DNA of 64,000 bases from Antedon mediterranea (taxonomy: Eukaryota > Animalia > Echinodermata). Below are positions 25,401-37,400 of this stretch, piece by piece. Position 1 is the first letter of the stretch; each line of letters starts with the position of its first letter. A program made the position numbers and the translations under genes. Under the pieces are notes generated by a model that was not told where the DNA came from, ran no database searches, and saw only the letters and a program-made list of their open reading frames with translations. Location: the NCBI RefSeq assembly GCF_964355755.1, contig NC_092672.1:27720437-27784436 (forward strand), given 5' to 3'.

Positions 25401-28400
25401 TCAGACTACAGTTCTGGGGATAATATGTTTCCAATTGGTAGCACAACAGTTCGGTATAATGTGTCAGATTCAGCAGAAAACTTTAACGAAGATTGCAATT
25501 TTGTTGTCACTGTGGAAGGTAGTTTGATTATTAGGTGATCATTTAGAATAAAATGATCACCTATTGTTATTGTACTTAAATTAAAATATTATTCTTCTTT
25601 CTGTACACTTTTTGTGTAACAATTATCTCAAAAAGTTGAATAGCAATGATCACAAAAATTTCACAATGTCTTTCAAATACTTTTCAGCGTGATCACTCAT
25701 CCGTGACGTCATTTATACGCCATTTTGTGAAATCACATTATGAATCATATCTCCATAATTCATTATCACATATTAATGAAATTTACTATACGTAAACTTC
25801 AGGTCAAGGGTAAAAATATTAGCACGTAAGGTCATACGCGTGAAATCGCGCGTTAAAAATTTAAAAAGCTCAAAATTAAGTTTTGATCAATTTAGAGCAT
25901 GAATTAGGCCATTTGCGTTTGTTTTAAAAAATTACTGCGCAAAAACACGTTTTTGCGCGTGCGTACATAGAAAGCGAAAAAAATACAATTTTTTGTAGAA
26001 ATTGCATTCTACTCATCTTCCTTGGTACATTCACCAAATTTGAATCCATTTCGACTTAAAATAATGCTATACGAGCAAGTTAAAAATGAAAAATGCGGTA
26101 AAAAATAAGGCCTTTTAAAAATGAATGTAACTCTTCAGAAGGGAAGGTGACCCCCAATTGTTTTAACTTATTATGGAAGCCAATGAGTTGTAGATATAAA
26201 TGTATATACACATTAGGGCGTACAAAATGGTATGACGTCATCATTTGGCCACATGCATTTTTAAAATAGTGTTTTTTCCCCTTTTGTCATAGACCACCAT
26301 ATTCAACAGAGCGCAACTCGCTTATCTGTGATCGATTTTCTTTAAATTTTCAATATATTCTACCTCAACCAATTATGTTACAGTTACTTATGTGTTGCCA
26401 ATATTTTCATTTGGATGAAGTCATTACGTCTTAAAATTTAAATAACGGTGGTTACGTAATTTCACCTACAAGGTATATTTGAATACCTTACAGCTCTTCT
26501 GAATTAAAGTTGACCTTGATGTTTATAACTTATTATGAGAGCTGGTGAAATTTAGATATGAATTATTATAAAAATTAAGCCTATCGGATGTTGTGACGTT
26601 ATCATATGGCCAGTTAAAGTTAAAAAGTAAAGTTATACAATTTTAAAGAGCGCGCACCGCCCTTCTACGTGCCAAATTGTCTTCCAATTGTTATATTTTA
26701 TTGCTCAATTCATTATCTTTCGATATTGTTATCCACAAGTTTATTTTGATAATGTCATCAGTGCCGAAAAATTAGAACATGATGTGTGTCCGTAATTTCA
26801 CCAATGCTACACTGTATATAGATATACAGTACTGTATATACTGTACATAATGTATATGGCATATAATAGGCACAACTCAGCACTATAAGTGTATAATAGG
26901 ATGGCATACATCAACATTTTCTGATTGTATGTTAACATACGTGCATGTTTAAATGTTAATCAATTAAATTGTTTTCAAAAATATATTTATTTTGTAATGT
27001 AATTAATATTATTATTAGTTAATTCATTATTATTTAGTTCTTTGTACTACGTATATTTTTTTATTGTTTTTTTTCTTTTTATAGCAGTCTAACATATATT
27101 AAAATGTGTTTTTATATTAGATATTGAAAGTCCAGCTATCGACTGCCCAACAAATGTCACTTCAAACAATTACAACCACACAAGCTTTGGTTTAATAGTT
27201 ATTAGCACGGATGGAGAAAATTCATTTGCCACAGTGACCTGGAACCCTCCTGTGACAAGTGACAATAGCAATGGAATAGTGACTGTTGTGTCATCACCAT
27301 ATGAGTCAGGTGACATGATACCAAGTGGTGTTCACACAATCACCTTTACAGCAACTGATCCTACTGGCAATAGTGACAGCTGTGATTTTAGCTTTCGGGT
27401 CCAAGGTATAAGGATTTTCAAGAATTTAGTATTATTGTAATAACCATTTTTGGTTATACGATCATAAAAATGAATTAAGTGGTTGCATTATTTTCAGTAA
27501 AAATAATAAACAAAGTATGTGCAATAAACAAATCATATATTTTTAAGAATGATGATATAGTTGACTTATAATTTACAGATATTGAACCTCCAGAGGTGTT
27601 GACCTGTCCAGATAATACCACCTATAGTACAGACCCTGGGAACCCTAACAAAACAGACGTCAATTGGGAAATACCTACATTCCAGGATAATGTTCCTGGG
27701 TCATTAGTTTACAGCAGTAATATAAATCCGTCATCAAATACATTTCAACTCGGAACTACAATGGTGACTTATGAAGCTACAGACACATCAATGAACACTG
27801 GTTATTGTATTTTCTACATAACAATAATAGGTAATAAAACTGAATGAATGGAAATATTATTCATCATCATAATTATCATTATGTTTTTAATTCTGTATTT
27901 TGAAATTATTGGTCAATATTAAACCATAATTTGAGCATGATTTTTTTGAATATTTTGTATAGATGATGAACCACCAGTTTTAGAGTGTCCTGATGACATA
28001 ATTGGTGTGGCACCCAACACATCTGGAATCAGTATCATTTGGTCAGAACCCACATATACTGATAATTCTGGAAACACTGTTATTTTAAGTTCAACAAGAA
28101 ATTCAGCAGATGTGTTTACTTTTGGGACACATAATGTAACATACACTGGAATTGACCAATCAGGGAACAGTGGTACATGTGGATTTGAAATCACAATAGA
28201 AGGTAAGCTTTTGTAATTGATCTCTTCATAACTATCTAAAGGATAAGAATTGTCAACTCATTTATTTTACCCAAATGGATTATAAATGTGTTTCAACAAA
28301 CAGGAAAATTAGTTACGCAGAGCAATGAAATTCCAAAGTTTCTTTTTATTTAAGATGAATAAATTCTCTAAATTGCTGTTCTAATACTTCCATTTTTACG

Positions 28401-31400
28401 CAAATAAAACATTCCAGGTATCTGATTTTATTATTTCTTGTTTAAAAAAAACAAAAATAAAACAAAATTATTCAGAAAGATTTTTCATTGTGTTGATATT
28501 CTGTATGTTTTACTTAACAGATAAAGAACCTCCTGTGATTAGTGACTGTCCTCCTGATATGAATTGGACAACATCGCCAGGTGTAAACTACACTACTGTC
28601 ACCTGGAAAGAACCCGCAGCAGACGACAATGCAGGAACTCCAAGCCTTCTTTCAACACACAGTAATGGTAGTAGGTTTTACATAGGTGACACGATTGTAA
28701 CATACACAGCTGAAGATGTTTATGCAAATACTGCTACATGTATTTTTAAAATAAATGTACAAGGTTAGTGTTAAACTACTGTATGTTAATGCATGTTTCT
28801 TACTTCTCTAGTACTCCACATGTTTGGTTATACGATCATAAAAATGAATTATGTGGTTGCATTATTTTCTGTAAAAATAATAAACAAAGTGTGTGCAATA
28901 AACAAATCATATATTTTTAAGAATGATGATATAGTTGACTTATAATTTTCAGATATTGAACCTCCAGAGGTGTTGACCTGTCCAGATAATACCACCTATA
29001 GTACAGACTCTGGGAACCCTAACAGAACAGACGTCAATTGGGAAATACCTACATTCCAGGATAATCTTCCTGGGTCATTAGTTTACAGCAGTAATATAAA
29101 TCCGTCATCAAATATATTTCAACTCGGAACTACAATGGTGACTTATGAAGCTACAGACACATCAATGAACACTGGTTATTGTATTTTCTACATAACAATA
29201 ATAGGTAATAAAACTGAATGAATGGAAATAGTATTCATCATCATAATTATCATTATGTTTTATGTTTTTAATTCTGTATTTTGAAATTATTGGTCAATAT
29301 TAAACCATAATTTAAGCATGATTTTTTTGAATATTTTGTATAGATGATGAACCACCAGTTTTAGAGTGTCCTGATGACATAATTGGTGTGGCACCCAACA
29401 CATCTGGAATCAGTATCATTTGGTCAGAACCCACATATACTGATAATTCTGGAAACACTGTTATTTTAAGTTCAACAAGAAATTCAGCAGATGTGTTTAC
29501 TTTTGGGACACATAATGTAACATACACTGGAATTGACCAATCAGGGAACAGTGGTACATGTGGATTTGAAATCACAATAGAAGGTAAGCTTTTGTAATTG
29601 ATCTCTTCATAACTATCTAAAGGATAAGAATTGTCAACTCATTTATTTTACCCAAATGGATTATAAATGTGTTTCAACAAACAGGAAAATTAGTTACGCA
29701 GAGCAATGAAATTCCAAAGTTTCTTTTTATTTAAGATGAATAAATTCTCTAAATTGTTGTTCTAATACTTCCATTTTTACGCAAATAAAACATTCCAGGT
29801 ATCTGATTTTATTATTTCTTGTTTAAAAAAAACAAAAATAAAACAAAATTATTCAGAAAGATTTTTCATTGTGTTGATATTCTGTATGTTTTACTTAACA
29901 GATAAAGAACCTCCTGTGATTAGTGACTGTCCTCCTGATATGAATTGGACAACATCGCCAGGTGTAAACTACACTACTGTCACCTGGAAAGAACCCGCAG
30001 CAGACGACAATGCAGGAACTCCAAGCCTTCTTTCAACACACAGTAATGGTAGTAGGTTTTACATAGATGACACGATTGTAACATACACAGCTGAAGATGT
30101 TTATGCAAATACTGCTACATGTATTTTTAAAATAAATGTACAAGGTTAGTGTTAAACTACTGTATGTTAATGCATGTTTCTTACTTCTCTAGTACTCCAC
30201 ATGTTTGGTTATACGATCATCATAATGAATTATGTGGTTTCATTATTTTCTGTAAAAATAATAAACAAAGTGTGTGCAATAAACAAATCATATATTTTTA
30301 AGAATGATGATATAGTTGACTTATAATTTTCAGATATTGAACCTCCAGAGGTGTTGACCTGTCCAGATAATACCACCTATAGTACAGACCCTGGGAACCC
30401 TAACAAAACAGACGTCAATTGGGAAATACCTACATTCCAGGATAATGTTCCTGGGTCATTAGTTTACAGCAGTAATATAAATCCGTCATCAAATACATTT
30501 CAACTCGGAACTACAATGGTGACTTATGAAGCTACAGACACATCAATGAACACTGGTTATTGTATTTTCTACATATCAATAATAGGTAATAAAACTGAAT
30601 GAATGGAAATATTATTCATCATCATAATTATCATTATGTTTTTAATTCTGTATTTTGAAATTATTGGTCAATATTAAACCATAATTTGAGCATGTTTTTT
30701 TTTAAATATTTTGTATAGATGATGAACCACCAGTTTTAGAGTGTCCTGATGACATAATTGGTGTGGCACCCAACACATCTGGAATCAGTATCACTTGGTC
30801 AGAACCCACATATACTGATAATTCTGGAAACACTGTTATTTTAAGTTCAACAAGAAATTCAGCAGATGTGTTTACTTTTGGGACACATAATGTAACATAC
30901 ACTGGAATTGACCAATCAGGGAACAGTGGTACATGTGGATTTGAAATCACAATAGAAGGTAAGCTTTTGTAATTGATCTCTTCATAACTATCTAAAGGAT
31001 AAGAATTGTCAACTCATTTATTTTACCCAAATGGATTATAAATGTGTTTCAACAAACAGGAAAATTAGTTATGCAGAGCAATGAAATTCCAAAGTTTCTT
31101 TTTATTTAAGATGAATACATTCTCTAAATTGCTGTTCTAATACTTCCATTTTTACGCAAATAAAACATTCCAGGTATCTGATTTTATTATTTCTTGTTAA
31201 AAAAAAATAAAAAATAAAACAAAATTATTCAGAAAGATTTTTCATTGTGGTGATATTCTGTATGTTTTACTTAACAGATAAAGAACCTCCTGTGATTAGT
31301 GACTGTCCTCCTGATATGAATTGGACAACATCTCCAGGTGTAAACTACACTACTGTCACCTGGAAAGAACCCGCAGCAGACGACAATGCAGGAACTCCAA

Positions 31401-34400
31401 GCCTTCTTTCAACACACAGTAATGGTAGTAGGTTTTACATAGGTGACACGATTGTAACATACACAGCTGAAGATGTTTATGCAAATACTGCTACATGTAT
31501 TTTTAAAATAAATGTACAAGGTTAGTGTTAAACTACTGTATGTTAATGCATGTTTCTTACTTCTCTAGTACTCCACATGTTTGGTTATACGATCATAACA
31601 ATGAATTAAGTGGTTGCATTATTTTCTGTAAAAATAATAAACAAAGTGTGTGCAATAAACAAATCATATATTTTTAAGAATGATGATATAGTTGACTTAT
31701 AATTTTCAGATATTGAACCTCCAGAGGTGTTGAGTTGTCCAGATAATACCACCTATAGTACAGACTCTGGGAACCCTAACAAAACAGACGTCAATTGGGA
31801 AATACCTACATTCCAGGATAATGTTCCTGGGTCATTAGTTTACAGCAGTAATATAAATCCGTCATCAAATACATTTCAACTCGGAACTACAATGGTGACT
31901 TATGAAGCTACAGACACATCAATGAACACTGGTTATTGTATTTTCTACATAACAATAATAGGTAATAAAACTGAATGAATGGAAATATTATTCATCATCA
32001 TAATTATCATTATGTTTTTAATTCTGTATTTTGAAATTATTGGTCAATATTAAACCATAATTTGAGCATGATTTTTTTGAATATTTTGTATAGATGATGA
32101 ACCACCAGTTTTAGAGTGTCCTGATGACATAATTGGTGTGGCACCCAACACATCTGGAATCAGTATCACTTGGTCAGAACCCACGTATACTGATAATTCT
32201 GGAAACACTGTTATTTTAAGTTCAACAAGAAATTCAGCAGATGTGTTTACTTTTGGGACACATAATGTAACATACACTGGAATTGACCAATCAGGGAACA
32301 GTGGTACATGTGGATTTGAAATCACAATAGAAGGTAAGCTTTAGTAAATTGATACCTTCATTACTATCTAAAGAGTAAAAATTGTCAACTCATTTATTTT
32401 ACCCAAATGGATTATAAATGTGTTTCAACGAACAGGAAAATTAGTTACGCAGAGCAATGAAATTCAAAAGTTTCTTTTTATTTAAGATGAATAAATTCTC
32501 TAAATTGCTGTTCTAATACTTCCATTTTACGCAAATAAAACATTCCAGGTATCTTATATTATAATTTCTTGTACAAAAAAAAACAAAAATAAAACAAAAT
32601 TATTCAGAAAGATTTTTCATTGTGTTGATATTCTGTATGTTTTACTTAACAGATAAAGAACCTCCTGTGATTAGTGACTGTCCTCCTGATATGAATTGGA
32701 CAACATCTCCAGGTGTAAACTACACTACTGTCACCTGGAAAGAACCCGCAGCAGACGACAATGCGGGAACTCCAAGCCTTCTTCCAACACACAGTAATGG
32801 TAGTAGGTTTTACATAGGTGACACGATTGTAACATACACAGCTGAAGATGTTTATGCAAATACTGCTACATGTATTTTTAAAATAAATGTACAAGGTTAG
32901 TGTTAAACTACTGTATTTTAATGCAAATGTTTCTTACTTCTCTAGTACTCCACATGTTTGGTTATACGATCATAAAAATGAATTATGTAAATTCTGTAAA
33001 AATAATAAAGAAAGTGTGTGCAATAAACAAATCATATATTTCTAAAAATGCTGATATATATTTGCAGATATTGAACCTCCAGAGGTGTTGACCTGTCCAG
33101 ATAATACCACCTATAGTACAGACTCTGGGAACCCTAACAGATCAGACGTCAATTGGGAAATACCTACATTCCAGGATAATGTTCCGGGGTCATTAGTTTA
33201 CAGCAGTAATATAAATCCGTCATCAAATACATTTCAACTCGGAACTACAATGGTGACGTATGAAGCTACAGACACATCAATGAACACTGGTTATTGTATT
33301 TTCTACATAACAATAATAGGTAATAAAACTGAATGAATGGAAATATCATTCATCATCATAATTATCATTATGTTTTTAATTCTGTATTTTGAGATTATTG
33401 GTCAATAATCAACCATAACTTGGGCATGTTTTTTTTAAATATTTTGAATAGATGATGAACCACCAGTTTTAGAGTGTCCTGATGACATAATTGGTGTGGC
33501 ACCCAACACATCTGGAATCAGTATCACTTGGTCAGAACCCACGTATACTGATAATTCTGCAAAAACTGTTATTTTAAGTTCAACAAGAAATTCAGCGGAT
33601 GTGTTTACTTTTGGGACACATAATGTAACATACACTGGAATTGACCAATCAGGGAACAGTGGTACATGTGGATTTGAAATCACAATAGAAGGTAAGCTTT
33701 TGTAATTGATCTCTTCATAACTATCTACAGGATAAGAGTTGTCAAATCATTCATTTTACCAAAATGGATTATAAATGTGTTTCAACAACAAAAATAAAAT
33801 AAAATAAAACAAAATTATTCAGAAAGATTTTTCATTGTGTTGATATTCTGTATGTTTTACTTAACAGATAAAGAACCTCCTGTGATTAGTGACTGTCCTC
33901 CTGATATGAATTGGACAACATCTCCAGGTGTAAACTACACTACTGTCACCTGGAAAGAACCCGCAGCAGACGACAATGCAGGAACTCCAAGCCTTCTTCC
34001 AACACACAGTAATGGTAGTAGGTTTTACATAGGTGACACGATTGTAACATACACAGCTGAAGATGTTTATGCAAATACTGCTACATGTATTTTTAAAATA
34101 AATGTACAAGGTTAGTGTTAAACTACTGTATTGTAATGCAAATGTTTCTTACTTCTCTAGTACTCCACATGTTTGGTTATACGATCATAAAAATGAATTA
34201 TGTAAATTCTGTAAAAATAATAAAGAAAGTGTGTGCAATAAACAAATCATATATTTCTAAAAATGCTGATATATTTGCAGATATTGAACCTCCAGAAAGA
34301 TTTTTTATTATGTTGATATTCTGTATGTTTTGTTTAACAGATAAAGAAGCTCCTGTGATTAGTGACTGTCCTCCTGATATGAATTGGACAACATCTCCAG

Positions 34401-37400
34401 GTGTAAACTACACTACTGCCACCTGGACAGAACCAACGGCAGAAGATAATGCAGGAACTCCAAGCTTTCTTCCAACACACAGGAATGGTAGTAGGTTTTA
34501 CATAGGTGACACGATTGTAACGTACACAGCTGAAGATGTTTATACAAATACTGCTACTTGTAATTTTACAATAAATGTACAAGGTTAGTGTTAAACTACT
34601 GTGTTTTAATGCAAATGTTTCTTACTTCTCTAGTACTCCACATGTTTGGTTATACGATCATAAAAATTAAGTATTTGATTGCATTATTTACTGTAAAGAT
34701 AATAAACAAAGTTTTTGCAATAAACAAATCATATATTTCTGAGAATGATGATATAGTTGACTTTAATTGTATTAACAGATATTGAACCTCCAGAGGTGTT
34801 GAGTTGTCCAGATAATACCACCTATAGTACAGACTCTGGGAACCCTTACAAAACAAACGTCAATTGGGAAATACCTACATTCCAGGATAATGTTCCTGGG
34901 TCATTAGATTACAGAAGTAATATAGATCCGTCATCTAATACATTTCAACTCGGAACTACAATGGTGACTTATGAAGCTACAGACACATCAATGAACACTG
35001 GTTATTGTATTTTCTACATAACAATAATAGGTAATAAAACTGAATGAATGGAAATATCATTCATCATCATAATTATCATTATGTTTTTATAGTTCACTAT
35101 GTGGTCTGTCGGTCTGTCGGTATGTCGGTCTGTCTGTCGGTCCGGTATCACTATGCGTTTTAGCACGCGACTTATGGCTGTTGGCCTTGTTAATTCTGTA
35201 TTTTGAAATTATTGGTCAATAATCAACCATAATTTGACCATGATTTTTTATGAATATTATGTATAGATGATGAACCACCAGTTTTAGAGTGTCCTAATGA
35301 CATAATTGGCGTGGCACCCGACACATCTGAAATCAGTATCACTTGGTCAGAACCCACGTATACTGATAATTCTGGAAACACTGTTATTTTAAGTTCAACG
35401 AGAAATTCAGGACATATGTTTGTTGTTGGTATACATAATGTAGCATACACTGGAATTGACCAATCAGGGAACAGTGGTACATGTGGATTTGAAATCACTA
35501 TAGGAGGCAAGCAATTATTTTATGTGTAACTGTACAATAACCGTAGTAATCAATTTGTGCATTCACCACTATGCGGAGCAATTCAATTATCAGTGTTAGT
35601 AATTAAAATTGTTTAATATTAAGAGATAGTTTTTTTAGTTATGTGTTACAATGATTTTTTTGTTAACAGATTCCTGTTCTTCTTTACCATGTCAAAATGG
35701 AGGAACTTGTGTACAGTTAGATACGAACTTGATGTGTATCTGTCCTATATTGTATGAAGGAAACTTATGTCAAACAATACCTGGTAACGTTAAACATTTT
35801 TAACACCTTGTATTTACTATGTTTTCAGATGTAATTAGCCAAAAATTACTTCTTTTTGTCTGGTAAAACTGGATTCTTTCTAAAACTCATTATTTACACC
35901 TGACAAATCAATTCAAATCAAAATAATATTATTATCAATAAACTAGAACTATTAATTATGTATTATCTCTGACATTTTTTTATCAATAAACACCGGATTT
36001 AGAACTCAAATTTCTCATAGATGGTGTCTAACAATGACTTAATGCCCCATTCAAAATACCTGGCCCTTGCGCAACATAACTATTTTCACATCAGTAACAT
36101 TTATCAATATAAGCCTTAAAAACTTTCGCTATCAAAATAGGAACTATGGTACTGATGGTCATTATTTTTGTGGTATACCTACTTTTGCTTACATTTTTAC
36201 CTGGATAAAGATGGCAGGCCCTAATTGTGTTGCATAATACCATCCTTTATTTGAAATAGAGGTAAAAGGCCAAAGATAGTCATTAATAATTAGTTATAGT
36301 GTTAGAGCCAAAAATGCTTACTTTAAATTCAAGACTAAGAATAAGTAAATTAATTTTTTAAAGCTCTGTCTTCACTATCAATCTCATAACCTCTTATCAC
36401 TACCGTATTTGGGCACAAACTAGTTTAATAGGGTATATACAGAGCTTGTAGCACAACTATTTCAAAAATAAGGTTTAACCATAAGGTTCATTTCTTATCA
36501 CTGCTTCTGAAAATTAATGGCACCATCTCAATGTACTGTTACTATTGTTTTACTATGATAAACAACTTTTCTATAAACTCTACGGTGCTTTTTATATCAT
36601 GTTTTAAAAAACCAATTTGAAAAAAATGATAGAAATTAACCATATATGACATATTTAGGTAAACCCACAGCAGAAATCCAGCTGTTATTCCAATCTCAGA
36701 GTATTAATTTACAAAGCAAAGTTACTTTCCAATGTACTGTAAAGTACTCAGTTGATTGGCGTTGGTATAAAGATGACATTGAACTCTCATCTGAAACACG
36801 AAATCTAAAGAATCTCACAATCAACGAAGTAGTACTGGGAAATCAAGGCTATTATTACTGCAAAGCATTTGGAGTATCACCACATGATGACGTAACAGAT
36901 ACCTCAATGAGGGCAGTTCTGGTTGTAACAGGTAAACATATTACTTATTTTCTACACTGTAGTATAAGTGAGTAAATGAATAAGTTAATACAACACGGAA
37001 AAACTGAAATAATTTACTACAGAGAATATAACATTTATACAACATATTACTTCTTTTTTTTCTGTTTATCCCCTCATTCATTTCACCTTCACATTTATAC
37101 ATTTGATATTGACCAAGTAATTTATGTTGCTGTAAAATAAATTAAATTCATCATCATCTCCAGAATCATTGCTTAATTACAAATTAAGTAGATAAAAGAA
37201 ACTAGCAAAATTTGCTAGTCTAGTTCTTAAATACAATGTAAACTTAAACAATACAATGTAATTGGTGATTTTGTATCAAAATTAAATTTAAAAAAACATA
37301 AAAAACCTACGTTTCTATTATTATTTAGATGCGTTTACCGTTCCAGTGTCGGTATCTTTCCTGAATTTACAATTCACCTCTGTTTTGACTGACTCGTCCT

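Larger units (their letters stand above)
27450..35506 (+). repeat. Tandem array of about 1.37-kb D-E-F units, exons plus introns
   Basis: D exon starts at 27579, 28953, 30334, 31710, 33068, (34281 stub) and 34779; introns near-identical between units. Confidence 0.95.

Noticed and set aside
27579-35506. Regular repeats suggesting a CRISPR array or a cluster of separate small genes
   Set aside because: Units are about 1.37 kb with splice sites and no unique spacers; the ORF starts and stops lie in introns. They are exons of one gene.
1620-35510. Repeated minus-strand ORFs (for example MISNPHVPLF.., MTLIVNASP..)
   Set aside because: Antisense shadows of HYR exons; they recur only because the exons are duplicated.
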